Below, in pieces: positions 9,316-19,326 of a DNA stretch of 64,000 nt. The notes under the pieces are model-generated. The model was given only the letters and a program-made list of their open reading frames with translations. It ran no database searches and was not told the origin of the DNA. The position numbers and the translations under genes are program-made. Position 1 is the stretch's first letter; the number at the start of each line of letters is the position of its first letter. Source of the stretch: Candidatus Heimdallarchaeum endolithica (GTDB lineage Archaea > Asgardarchaeota > Heimdallarchaeia > Heimdallarchaeales > Heimdallarchaeaceae); assembly GCA_021513715.1 (NCBI GenBank), contig CP084167.1, positions 32,001 through 96,000 on the forward strand. The letters are read 5' to 3'.

Positions 9316-9498
9316 TCACCCGGAGTATCGTAGTAGTATTGAACATGTCTTTGGTTTCCTCAAACTCTCTCTTCCCCTGTTCCTTTATCGTTTACCCTTC
9401 AAGATTTTCTTTATGCTTTACAGTTCTCTCCTCTGTTGCAACTACCTTTTACTTCTTCGGACCGTTTAGTAGGTGAAAAAGAATTTTTGGACATGCTT
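9316..9498 (+). mobile_element. 3' remnant of the IS5-family element (right end with IR)
   Basis: Aligns with 13431-13614, including AATTTTTGGACATGCTT. Lies between the two copies of the duplicated module. Confidence 0.85.
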
Positions 9499-9557
9499 TA
9501 AATAATAAACAAACAAATAAATGCACTTTCTAAAGAATAAAAAAGAAAAAAAGATTG

Positions 9558-10064
9558 TTAATCCGTTTCTCCTTGGCTTAGAAATTTTTTTACTAAAGCA
9601 CGATAATATGGCTCTAAAACAAAGTTAATCTCCTTTTTCAAGAGAGCTCCACGATTGGAAAAAGCAGTTAGTTGTGGAAAACTAGAGAATAATAAAGTTT
9701 TAACTTCAATGTGAATAGTATTTGCAATATCGGAATTTTCAATATACTCTGTGTCGCAAAGTAAGACAAACAACCCATTGTCAGGTATCTTTGAAATAGT
9801 GATTATATAAGTTTCAAAAAACATCTTGTTTATATTGTCTCCTATGATCTCTTTGGCAAAACTGTTAATTGCTGTTAACAGTCCTGATACTAAAATGCTA
9901 TCTGACAGAGATTTTTTTCCTTGTTCTTTTTCAAGTTTAAGTTTATCTTCATCATATGGGTAGTTGAGGATAGGGATTCCACCGCTTTCAATCAACAAGA
10001 AAGAAAAAATTGGTCGAGGATAAGGATGCCATGGAGCAGTTCGACCATTTTCCATAGTTATCAT
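9558..10064 (-). CDS. Longin/roadblock-like domain protein (copy 2)
   Basis: Near-identical paralog of 7693..8199. Confidence 0.75.
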   Translation of the reverse strand: MITMENGRTAPWHPYPRPIFSFLLIESGGIPILNYPYDEDKLKLEKEQGKKSLSDSILVSGLLTAINSFAKEIIGDNINKMFFETYIITISKIPDNGLFVLLCDTEYIENSDIANTIHIEVKTLLFSSFPQLTAFSNRGALLKKEINFVLEPYYRALVKKFLSQGETD

Positions 10065-10090
10065 AATTTTAACCTCTCTAAAAATATTGT

Positions 10091-10399
10091 TTATCTTCTG
10101 AATAAGCTGAATCTACGACGACGTTTTTGCTGTTTGATATCAAATTTCTGTAATAATTCCATTGACAAATGATTTCCCACATCCGCTACACGATGAGAAT
10201 AGTATTCTTTATAGATCTCTAAAATTTGATTAACTAACATAGGAAGATTTTCTTTGGTTAGTTCTTCAGGTTTCTTATTAATCTGTTGACATGCCAACTC
10301 AACAGTATAGTAAGCTGACATTGAAACTTTTGCTTCTAAGGCTTCAACCACTCTATAAAATATCTGTTTTTTCAATTTTAATGCTTCACTTTCACTCAT
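10091..10399 (-). CDS. Small helical protein with a polybasic tail (copy 2)
   Basis: Near-identical paralog of 8265..8573. Confidence 0.7.
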   Translation of the reverse strand: MSESEALKLKKQIFYRVVEALEAKVSMSAYYTVELACQQINKKPEELTKENLPMLVNQILEIYKEYYSHRVADVGNHLSMELLQKFDIKQQKRRRRFSLFRR

Positions 10400-10408
10400 T
10401 TTTTTCAC

Positions 10409-11000
10409 CTAATTTTCTGATTCTTTATGCGAAATAGCATATATACATTCACAATTTTCCAACATATGCTCGATCTGTTCTTCTGATAGTCCCAATGCTT
10501 CTATTTCTCTTTTGCATAGTCTCATATTTCCTCCTCTTTTACAGCCAAGATGGATATAGTTGAAAACATACTTTTCATTTACAGTCATTGAAGAGATTAT
10601 CATCTGTCTTATCTGCTGTGATATGAAGCAACCTATGTCTAAAAAGCAGTTTCCTAAATTGTCTCCTGTTTGAAAATTTTTTACACTTCATCAACTTTAA
10701 GATCGCTGTCATCATTGGCTAGCATATCTGCCATTGTTTCGCCAATTTTACAGTTTTTCACAGTAATGATATTTGCTCCTGCACCTTCAACATCCGTCGT
10801 AGAGTAATCATCTACATAAGCTAAAGGTGACTCGTTGCCATGAATATTGTTGTAAAATTCCTCTTCTGAAGAATAGTTTTTATTGCCGACTTCATCTACA
10901 ATTTCTTTACCCAATTTCATTACTGCCATTACAATTTCATTAATGGAATACCCTCTTTCAGGTATTTTCTGATTTCCTCTTTACTGAATTTGCCCAACAT
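10409..11000 (-). pseudogene. Cys-rich V4R-like protein (copy 2), doubly frameshifted
   Basis: 592 bp versus 594 bp for copy 1. Single-base deletions near 10947 (GACAT>GAAT) and near 10683 (TTAACA>TTACA) split it into ORF fragments. Confidence 0.8.
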
Positions 11001-11358
11001 AATACACCACCAATTCAAAAGAGCCTTAAATGTCTAGTTAAACCTCTAATGAAGGTTTTGTTCTTGTAAAACAAGAATCATTAAATTATTAACGTCACAA
11101 ATTTTATATCTTGTTGTAAGGGCAAAATTTAATTTAAAAAAGAACTGTGTTCTGATAAGAAATACAGTATTTTACACGTGTTTGAAGTATATGTGAACAT
11201 TTTTACCTTCATTTTAAATTTATTAAAATAATCAGTTAAAAAAACAAAAAATTAAATGCTTTATCATTATATTTTTAAGCTAGAATCTCTGAACATATGT
11301 TATCAATTTAATTAATTGAATATTTAATAGATGTCTTTTATAATTTCTTATTTAAAAT

Positions 11359-12534
11359 CTAAACACTTTTTCCTCTTGAGTAAATGTATAATGTAGCTTT
11401 TTCATCAAATTCTTCTAACCATTCTTTCACTTCATGAGAAAAAGACTGCAAATCACTATCACTAATATCTAAATAATAAAGGTTTTTCAATTTTGATATG
11501 TTTTTTGGAAGATCTTTTAATTCATTACCATAAAGTTTCAAAGTCTGTAGAGTTTTAATATAACATATTTTCTCTGGTAAGTACTTGAGTTTATTATTAC
11601 CTAGATCAAGTATTTGAAGACTTGTTAGCTTATCTATATTATTTGGTAATTCGCTTAACTGATTACTTTTGAGGTCTAATATATTTAATTTGGTTAAATC
11701 ACTAATACACTCTGGTAATGATGATAATTTATTTCCTGCTATGTTCAATAGTTTTAAAGTTTTTAATTTGCAGATTGATTCTGGAAAAGTAGTTAGGTTA
11801 TTATACGCAAGATGAAGAAGATACATGCTTCTTAATTTTTTAAAGTTGTCAGGTAAATTATGAAGAGAATTATTGTTCAAAAAAAGCTTTTGAAGCCTGC
11901 TTAATTCTCCAATACTTTCTGGTAAAAATTCGATATTGTTAAAAGTTAACTCCAACATTTCTAAATATCTTAAATTTCCTATAGTATCAGGTAGAAAGGT
12001 TAAACAGTTTTTGTTTACACTTAGTTCCTTTAACTTTTTTAAGTTATCAATACTTTCAGGTAAAGAAGTTAATTTATTGTTATATAAGTTCAAGACTTCT
12101 AGTTCTGATAAATCACCAATTGATTCTGGGAGAGTTGTTAAATTATTTCCACAAATTGTTAATTCTTTCAAATTTTTCAAATTAGTGATATTTTCAGGTA
12201 AATATTTGAGTTCATTAGAAGTCAATTCTAAAACTTGGAGTTTAGATAAATCACCAATTGATTCTGGAAGAGACTTCAAATTGTTTTGCCTTACATATAA
12301 TTCTACTAAATTTGTTAGTTCACCAATGGACTCTGGGAGAGATTCTAGTTGATTATTGTTAATTTGTAACGTTTGCAGATTTTGTAATGAAATTATGTCA
12401 TGAGGAAACTTTGTTAGTCCTTGTTCGTATAAACCAATTCCTGTAATTGTTTGATTTTTATAAGTTATTCCAAAGGTTTTATGTTGAATACTATCAACTA
12501 CAGGCATTTTATCAAAATCAAGTTTTTCTTGCAT
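11359..12534 (-). CDS. Leucine-rich repeat protein
   Basis: About 14 23-aa repeats of LxxLxLxxNxLxxLPExIGxLxx. Confidence 0.95.
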   Translation of the reverse strand: MQEKLDFDKMPVVDSIQHKTFGITYKNQTITGIGLYEQGLTKFPHDIISLQNLQTLQINNNQLESLPESIGELTNLVELYVRQNNLKSLPESIGDLSKLQVLELTSNELKYLPENITNLKNLKELTICGNNLTTLPESIGDLSELEVLNLYNNKLTSLPESIDNLKKLKELSVNKNCLTFLPDTIGNLRYLEMLELTFNNIEFLPESIGELSRLQKLFLNNNSLHNLPDNFKKLRSMYLLHLAYNNLTTFPESICKLKTLKLLNIAGNKLSSLPECISDLTKLNILDLKSNQLSELPNNIDKLTSLQILDLGNNKLKYLPEKICYIKTLQTLKLYGNELKDLPKNISKLKNLYYLDISDSDLQSFSHEVKEWLEEFDEKATLYIYSRGKSV

Positions 12535-12610
12535 ATTGCAACTCCTTATATTATCTTACAAAACATATGAAGAATTGTATTTAAATAAAACTCTTTTTTT
12601 TAATTCAATT

Positions 12611-13614
12611 AAGCATGTCCAAAAATTAATTTTTATTAATGTGGGGGTTTATGTCGGAATTATGACTTACTTTCAGATCATAGACCCCCACAAAGTAAGA
12701 GAATTCATAATCATTAATGAACCTTTCCTTAAGAAACTGGTGAAAGAGGAACCGAGAGAAAGTAAGAGAGGGAGAAAAAGAATAGCAGAAAGGTGGGTGA
12801 TACTGGCTTTAGCAATTATTGCGAGAATAGAAGGAATAGCTTGGAGGAAGTTAGAGGAAAAGTTGGCTTTATGCGATTTTTTGATAGAAGAGGGGTGGAT
12901 GAAGAAGATTCCTTCCAAATCTACTTTTCATGCAGTGTGGAGAGCGACAGAAAGTAAGTTGCTGGAGCGGTGGATAATAGATTTAGGTAGGGAAATAGTG
13001 AGGAAAAAAGGCTTGAAAGCTATGGCGGTGGATAGTTCAGGGTTTAAAATTCGTCAGGCTTCTGTTTGGCGTTTTCTCAAGTGGGCAAGAGGAGGACTAA
13101 AGAAAACCTCTAAACTTTTCTGGAAGATACACCTTATAGTTGGTTTACCCTCTCGAGCTATAGTCTCTCTCGCTCATTCTGCTAGTAACACTCACGATAG
13201 TAAAGTCTTCGGTTTGCTCTGGCAGAAACTTCCTTCTGCACTCTTGAGACCTTTCTTGCGATTTTATGGAGACTGTGCCTACTGGACAGAAAATATCGTT
13301 GGACTTCTTAGCCAACATTCCTTTTTCCCTGTTATTCCCCCAAAAAGTAATGCTCGTTATCCCTCTCCTCCTCCCCTCGGACCAATAGTTCAAGCTCATC
13401 GTCTCTACCCTGGTCTGTATCGTCGTAATCATCACCCCGAGTATCGTAGTAGTATTGAACACGTCTTTGGTCTCCTCAAACTCTCTCATCCCCCAATCCT
13501 TGATCGTTTACCCTCCACCATCCTCTCTACCTTGTACAGTTCTCTCCTCTGTTACAACTACCTTTTACTCCTTCGGACCGTTTAGTAGGTGAAAAAGAAT
13601 TTTTGGACATGCTT
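12611..13614 (+). mobile_element. IS5-family (IS903-like) insertion sequence, apparently intact, ~1.0 kb
   Basis: 17-bp perfect IRs AAGCATGTCCAAAAATT / AATTTTTGGACATGCTT. Flanking direct repeat TCAATT (12605-10 and 13615-20), or TTCAATT if the right end is 13613. Confidence 0.9.
12662..13585 (+). CDS. DDE transposase, IS5 family (307 aa from ATG 12662)
   Basis: VDSSGFK, WKIH, HDS, YGDCAY, VIPPKSNA and YRSSIEHVFGLLK parallel IS903-type motifs. The ORF-track start at 12536 lies outside the IR. Confidence 0.9.
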   Translation: MTYFQIIDPHKVREFIIINEPFLKKLVKEEPRESKRGRKRIAERWVILALAIIARIEGIAWRKLEEKLALCDFLIEEGWMKKIPSKSTFHAVWRATESKLLERWIIDLGREIVRKKGLKAMAVDSSGFKIRQASVWRFLKWARGGLKKTSKLFWKIHLIVGLPSRAIVSLAHSASNTHDSKVFGLLWQKLPSALLRPFLRFYGDCAYWTENIVGLLSQHSFFPVIPPKSNARYPSPPPLGPIVQAHRLYPGLYRRNHHPEYRSSIEHVFGLLKLSHPPILDRLPSTILSTLYSSLLCYNYLLLLRTV

Positions 13615-13654
13615 TCAATTTTACAAATAAAGTTTATTCAAAAAATATAAACAG

Positions 13655-14689
13655 TGTTTACTCAATAGACTTGGGTTACACTTTTGAGCACTAGAGATAC
13701 ATAGGGGTGTTTCATGAATCTTTCTCCTGGGGTGAGGAAGTTAAGAGACTGGTGAAGACGACTAAAATTGTAGTAAGAGCGGTAGGTGAAGAGATCTGCG
13801 TTGCAGTATTTTAGACCTAATCTTTCTATCTCACGGATGATGGTTGGGTCACATGTAGTCTTTCTACTTTTCCACATGTTTTGGGGTGAAAAACTCTAGC
13901 TCTGATGTACTTTATTCCATCTGTTTAGTTTGGCACAAACGGGAGAAGGTACTTGTTTCTCCTCTAACGGAAGAGAAGAGTGCTCCATTGTCCGTGAGGA
14001 TAGACTCGGGGTAACCGTATCTTTTATTGCATCCTCTAGCAAACTTATTATCTGCTCTTTTCTTGGTGCAAAAGGGTGGAGTTTAGCTCCTAGGCTAAAT
14101 CGTGAGTGGTCGTCTATCAAGGTTATTTGATGTCGTCTATCCTTGTTCTTCTACCCAGAATGGTCCTTTCACATCTATTTGTCAGAATTCGTTAGGTTTT
14201 TGACGTTCAAAACTCTTGTATCGAGGTCTCTTCCTCTTTTTTCTATTAACCCATAAAGGAAGACCTAACTCTTTTATTACTTTCGTCACTGTCGTCTGGG
14301 AGAGTGCTTTTCCTTCTCTCTTCAACAAATAAGCTATCTTCTCTACATTCATTCCTTGTTTTATTCTTAACTCCCTTATCCTCTCTTTTAACTCCTCATC
14401 TACTTTCCTGTGTATAGTTTTTGGTCTGGAAGATCTATCTTTCCACCATTCTCCTTCAGGGTTCTCTTTGAACCTCTTCAACCACTTATACACAAACTTC
14501 CTACTCACCATATTCTTGTGAGCTACCTTTTTTATCTTCTCTCCTTCCAAAGCTTTTTTAACCACAATCTTTCTTAGTTTCTCCAGGTTACGTTCGTTTT
14601 TGTTCATAATATATCACTTACCCACGTAACCCACTTCTATTTATTTGTTACCAATGTGGTTGAGTATACAAATGTGAGTGGAGTATACA
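13655..14689 (-). mobile_element. IS481-family element with a decayed transposase
   Basis: HTH N-terminus (VYKWLKRF..SSRPKT), then PNEF*QID (TGA for W), IDDHSRF, TDNGA and HPKTCGKVERLH spread over shifted frames. Ends TGTTTACTCAA (13655) and TTGAGTATACA / GGAGTATACA (14670 / 14689). Confidence 0.85.
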
Positions 14690-14742
14690 AAGAATTTTAA
14701 TTTAATGATAATACTTATTAGAGTACATGAAATCTCCAAATT

Positions 14743-15198
14743 GTGAGTGAATTGGATATAGAACATAGTGCTGGTATAGTTATTTATAACTCTGGCAGAT
14801 ATTTATTATTAAATTATGGTCGTAGTTGGAATTCTCCTGATCGTTGGGGTTTAACCAAGGGTCACATTGAAAAAGGAGAAACAATAGAACAAGCTGCTTT
14901 AAGAGAAGCTTACGAAGAAACTGGAATAAAACAGATAAAAATCTGTAAGGGATTTAAGAACAAAGTTACTTATTACTTTAATCGAGGAGATAAGAGAATT
15001 AAGAAAACAGTTGTATATTTAATCGGTTTAACAGAAACAACCAAAGTTCATATTTCAGCTGAACATACTGGATACTACTGGGCTAGTTATGAAAAAGCTT
15101 TAGAGATGCTAACTTTTGAAAATACAAGAAGAGTAATTAGGGCAGCAGAAGAATATCTGAGAGAAAACGATCTAGCTGTAGATTTCTATGATGATTAA
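14743..15198 (+). CDS. NUDIX hydrolase, asymmetric Ap4A hydrolase-like
   Basis: Nudix box KGHIEKGETIEQAALREAYEETG, plus SAG, KTVVY and SAEH motifs. Confidence 0.88.
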   Translation: MSELDIEHSAGIVIYNSGRYLLLNYGRSWNSPDRWGLTKGHIEKGETIEQAALREAYEETGIKQIKICKGFKNKVTYYFNRGDKRIKKTVVYLIGLTETTKVHISAEHTGYYWASYEKALEMLTFENTRRVIRAAEEYLRENDLAVDFYDD

Positions 15199-15244
15199 TT
15201 TATAAAGAAAAAATGTACTATAAGAAGTTTCTAAAGGTGAAAAA

Positions 15245-15811
15245 ATGGTACTAACTGAGGCAGATTTAGTAGCAAAGACTCCAATTAAAAAACCAAAAAC
15301 ATTTAATCCACTTGGAGCAGTTCTTACAGGATTCTTTATAGCTGAAGGCTTTGTATTAATATTTAATTCTTTAGTAAATAAATCAATAAATGCTTGGTAC
15401 AGTCTCCTAGGAACTGTTTTAGTCCTTTTTTCAATACTGTCCTACTCAATTTCTGTTTCATTAACAACAAAGAAGATAGAGTTTTTCAGACAATTAGAAA
15501 AAACCTATGACCTAAAAAAGAGTTTAATTGTTGAATCTATTTTATTTTACATAGGTTTTACTCCTGTATATGGGTTCTTTTTTGCCTATGGAGTGAAAGG
15601 TGTTCCTCTCTGGGTCTTTTTTGCAGTAATTGTTTTTTCTTGCCTTACATTTTCTGTATTTATGATCTTTAATATTCATTTATTACAAAGAGAAGAATCT
15701 AGAATGTTTCACCTTTTACAATCCTTCTATCAACCCAAAAAATGGCTATTATTGCTTATTTCAGTACTAATAATTGTTTCATCTCTAGTTTTTCTCATTT
15801 TTGTTTCTTAA
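15245..15811 (+). CDS. Membrane protein (~5 TM)
   Basis: Hydrophobic helices; GGTGA RBS upstream. Confidence 0.7.
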   Translation: MVLTEADLVAKTPIKKPKTFNPLGAVLTGFFIAEGFVLIFNSLVNKSINAWYSLLGTVLVLFSILSYSISVSLTTKKIEFFRQLEKTYDLKKSLIVESILFYIGFTPVYGFFFAYGVKGVPLWVFFAVIVFSCLTFSVFMIFNIHLLQREESRMFHLLQSFYQPKKWLLLLISVLIIVSSLVFLIFVS

Positions 15812-15842
15812 AAAATAAAGAGATAAAAACAGTAGTTAAGCA

Positions 15843-16223
15843 CTAATAAGAGAGAATTTTAAATCCTTGTCTCAAAATAGAATCTTGAAGTTCTTTAAAA
15901 GCTTTTAATGCTTCATTAAAGTCTGTTTTTGATACTTTTGTTTCTACTGACTTTAGTCCTGCACCTCGAAACTTCCACAACTCTACACTATACATAAATT
16001 TCTCTGGATCTGGAATGTGTAAACCTGACCTATCGTATACATATCCTGATCTTTCCCCAAAAGAGAGCATTAGAATAAACCAATAATGTGGTCTTACATC
16101 TTCATCATCAGAAGGCTTTTCAAGAATAATTGTTTCTTCCATCTGTGCACTTTTTGTTTCTGCAGACAATTCCAATTTCTTTAAGTTACGATAAACTTCT
16201 GGAGGTAATTTACGAATTGACAT
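15843..16223 (-). CDS. Hypothetical protein, possible WGR-like domain
   Basis: YSVELWKFRGAG...DFNEALKAFKELQDSILRQGFK resembles WGR topology. Likely start is ATG 16223. Confidence 0.5.
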   Translation of the reverse strand: MSIRKLPPEVYRNLKKLELSAETKSAQMEETIILEKPSDDEDVRPHYWFILMLSFGERSGYVYDRSGLHIPDPEKFMYSVELWKFRGAGLKSVETKVSKTDFNEALKAFKELQDSILRQGFKILSY

Positions 16224-16389
16224 AGTTTTGTTCACCTAATATGAAACAAAAGATATTATGATACATAAAGTTACCTTATTAAAAATTTTTTGAATGGAGT
16301 TTCAAAATGCATTATCAGAATCAGATTTAAAAAGGATTTATAAATGAATATCTCCTTATATAATTAAAATAAGAAAAGAGCGCAAGAAT

Positions 16390-18972
16390 ATGGAAAAACC
16401 TCTCTCTATCATAATTACAGATGTAGACTTTTTTATTCAAGAGTCAACAGAAGAGAGAAATGAGCCTGTTATTCGAATTAAAGGGCGTAACAAGAAAGGA
16501 GAAGTTGTTGTTTTCCATGTTAAAGGGTTTTTCCCCTATTTTTATGTTAAAGATTTACCTCAAACACAAAGCACGATACAAAATTTACTACAAGTTAAAC
16601 CTGAATTTGGAGATTGGATCATAAGAACTGAACATGTTTTAAAAAGGACTTATTATCAATTAAGACCTATATATTTATACAAGATTTTAGGTAATAATCC
16701 TTGGAAAATTAGAGGTTTTAGCAGGTTTCTTATGAATAAAGGGATAAAATGTTATGAGAATGATGTCCCTTTTGTTTCCAGATTCTTAATTGACACTGAT
16801 CTACGTGCATTAAATACTGTGATAGTTTCAGAGTATGAATTCTTGAAAAGAGAGAATGAAATTGACTATTATACAACTTATTATTCAAATATTTCTCCTT
16901 CAGAGGAAGAAACAGAGTATTTTCCATTAGTTGTAGCTTTTAAAATATTCATTGAGTTATCAGATAAAGGAGAAAAGAAAACACGAGCTACTTACTTAGA
17001 AGAAGGGACTAGACGGATAATAGGAGCTAGTATTACTTGGGGAAAAAAAGGAGAAATAAAAGGTAAGAAACACTTTATTTTAGAAAATGACTCTGATGAA
17101 GAGGAAGTAAAACTTATTCTTGACTTCTGGAATTTTATTCATTCTTTATCTCCTGATGTATTAGTCAGTTTTAAAGGAAACTCAATAGACCTTGCATATA
17201 TTATAAAGCGAATGAACCATTTTGAGCTCCCATTAAGTATTTGTAGCCCTTATTCTAATGGGAAAGTAAAAGAGCCTACCACTTTCTATGGTTACCGAAT
17301 TTCAGGTTACATGGTCTATGATCTAGTTTCAAGATCTAGATGGATGAGATTAAAAACTGGTCAATCTAGATTAACTGATCTTGTTGCTGCATATTTAGAT
17401 GAGAAGAGGAAAGTTACTTCAAGTGAAATAAACAATTTGTGGATTGATGCAAAAGTTAAACACGATTCTCAAGCTAATCTGAAACTTGAGAAAACAATTG
17501 ATTCAGATAGCGCTTTTATCTATAAACTCTTTGTTGTTTTAGGTTTTGATGAGTGGTTAGAGGTGATGAAAATTGTGGGTATTCAACCTTCAAAAGGTAT
17601 CTATTCTACTGCTCGTCATCTTGGAGAATTTGAATTAATGAGAGTTATACACAAAAATAACACGATTATTCCTAGTCTTCCTTCCCCTAAAGAAAAAGAA
17701 AGAAGAAAAATAAATAGACCTTTGGCTGAAGGAGGATTTGTTATGGAACCAAAAGGAACATTACATAGGGCAGTTTTAATAGCTGATTTTACAAGTATGT
17801 ATCCTAGTGTAATAGTCACACATAATATAGGAGGGGAAAGTTTCAAAGGTCTAACTTACAGTTACTATGAGCGTTTTTATCATAAACCTGAAACAGCGTT
17901 AAGAGTGATGGAAAAGAAGTTGTTATCTGAACGAAAAGAATTGAAAAAAGAGATAAAAGAGTTAGAATTATTCATTCGTTCTTTTCCTGAAAAGAAAGAT
18001 GAGATTAATAATAAACTTAGAAAAATGAAAATAAAATCTAGCGCCTTAAAAGTAATAGCAAACTCATTATATGGAAGTCACAACTATATAGGTAGCAGAT
18101 TTTATAATACTGATATTTCAAATGCTATTACTCACTTTTCTAAAGTCTATATTGAGAAAGTAGCTAAACTTGCTCAAGACTTCAGTGGGGGAAAAGTTGA
18201 AATTGTTTATGGAGACACAGATAGTGCTTTTCTCAAACTTCATGATGAAGAAAGTGTTTTTTCAGCTTATGAGAAGGTAAGAAGGGGAGAGCAATTTAGC
18301 CTTGATTATGTTCCTGAAGCTAAAGATTTGCTCTATTACATCAATTCGAAACTTCCTGAAGATATGACACTTGAATTCGTTGATTTGGCCTTGAGGATTG
18401 TTTTTGCTAAAGAAACGAAGAAAAGATATAGTTATGTTAGTGTTGTGACAGGAAAATTGGAAATTATAGGTTTTGAAGCTATACGTTCAGATTTTAGTTC
18501 TTTTGCAAAGAAAGTTCAAACACTTGCTTTAGAGAAATTATTACGAGAAGGAAGTTATGAAAAAGCAAAAAGGGCTGTTATTAATTTCTGTAAGGAATTC
18601 CAAAAAAAGAAAGGAAAAGAACTTTTCCAACTTGTAACAATATATGGTCCTGTTAGAAAGCATCCTTCAGAATATAAAAGCAAAACTCCTGCAATTGCTG
18701 CTTTGTTAGAATATTCCAAAGTTAAACACATTTCTATAGAAGAGTTGCAAAAAGAATATCAGCGTTTTCCATATGTTATTGTTAAAGGACCAGATGATAA
18801 AAATATCCACAAAAGAGCTAGGCATCCTTCTCTTATTAAATCAATAAATGAAATAGATCGAGACTATTACATTGAACAAGCTTTACGCTCTATTCAAAGG
18901 ATTGGAATAGAAATTAAACCTTCAGAAATTGCTTTAGATGCAATTTCAATATTAGATTTTTCACTAGATTAG
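16390..18972 (+). CDS. polB: Family B DNA polymerase with a degenerate 3'-5' exonuclease
   Basis: Polymerase motifs DFTSMYPS, KVIANSLYG, YGDTDS and KKRY are intact. ExoI reads AFKIF instead of AFDIE. Confidence 0.93.
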   Translation: MEKPLSIIITDVDFFIQESTEERNEPVIRIKGRNKKGEVVVFHVKGFFPYFYVKDLPQTQSTIQNLLQVKPEFGDWIIRTEHVLKRTYYQLRPIYLYKILGNNPWKIRGFSRFLMNKGIKCYENDVPFVSRFLIDTDLRALNTVIVSEYEFLKRENEIDYYTTYYSNISPSEEETEYFPLVVAFKIFIELSDKGEKKTRATYLEEGTRRIIGASITWGKKGEIKGKKHFILENDSDEEEVKLILDFWNFIHSLSPDVLVSFKGNSIDLAYIIKRMNHFELPLSICSPYSNGKVKEPTTFYGYRISGYMVYDLVSRSRWMRLKTGQSRLTDLVAAYLDEKRKVTSSEINNLWIDAKVKHDSQANLKLEKTIDSDSAFIYKLFVVLGFDEWLEVMKIVGIQPSKGIYSTARHLGEFELMRVIHKNNTIIPSLPSPKEKERRKINRPLAEGGFVMEPKGTLHRAVLIADFTSMYPSVIVTHNIGGESFKGLTYSYYERFYHKPETALRVMEKKLLSERKELKKEIKELELFIRSFPEKKDEINNKLRKMKIKSSALKVIANSLYGSHNYIGSRFYNTDISNAITHFSKVYIEKVAKLAQDFSGGKVEIVYGDTDSAFLKLHDEESVFSAYEKVRRGEQFSLDYVPEAKDLLYYINSKLPEDMTLEFVDLALRIVFAKETKKRYSYVSVVTGKLEIIGFEAIRSDFSSFAKKVQTLALEKLLREGSYEKAKRAVINFCKEFQKKKGKELFQLVTIYGPVRKHPSEYKSKTPAIAALLEYSKVKHISIEELQKEYQRFPYVIVKGPDDKNIHKRARHPSLIKSINEIDRDYYIEQALRSIQRIGIEIKPSEIALDAISILDFSLD

Positions 18973-19085
18973 AATAAACTTTTTTTAAAAATTAAGATAG
19001 TATAGAAAAAAATTTTGTTCTTTTTTGATTTTTGCTTGATAAGTTAATTTTTTATATGTTAATAAAAGTATTAAATTAGAAAGAG

Positions 19086-19325
19086 GTGAAAGTATTGGCA
19101 CGATGTCCTGATTGTGGAGGAGAAGTTAAGTACAAGGCTCCTTTTATGGTTTGTATGGATTGTGGTCTTTCGTTTAGACGAGATGAATTTGAAAAAATGG
19201 AGAAAAAAATAAAGCAGGAATTAAAAACTGCAGTTGGTTTAAGTGAAGAAGAAAAGCAAAGAGAAGACAGGGAGAAAAAGCGTTCTTATTATCGTTGGTT
19301 GATGAAAAGGGAGGACGAGGATTAG
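19086..19325 (+). CDS. Small zinc-ribbon protein
   Basis: CPDCGG...CMDCG with a charged helical tail. True start may be TTG 19095 after GAGGTGA. Confidence 0.75.
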   Translation: MKVLARCPDCGGEVKYKAPFMVCMDCGLSFRRDEFEKMEKKIKQELKTAVGLSEEEKQREDREKKRSYYRWLMKREDED

Positions 19326-19326
19326 A

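Larger units (their letters stand above)
7693..11010 (-). repeat. Tandem duplication of a ~1.5-kb three-gene module (7693-9190 and 9558-11010)
   Basis: Direct DNA alignment with the same gene order. Confidence 0.95.

Noticed and set aside
12536-12661. N-terminal extension of the transposase in the ORF track
   Set aside because: It begins outside the left IR; ATG 12662 is the plausible start.
14182-14184. Selenocysteine or recoded TGA in the IS481 transposase
   Set aside because: It replaces the conserved Trp of WQID (TGG>TGA) in an element with additional lesions.
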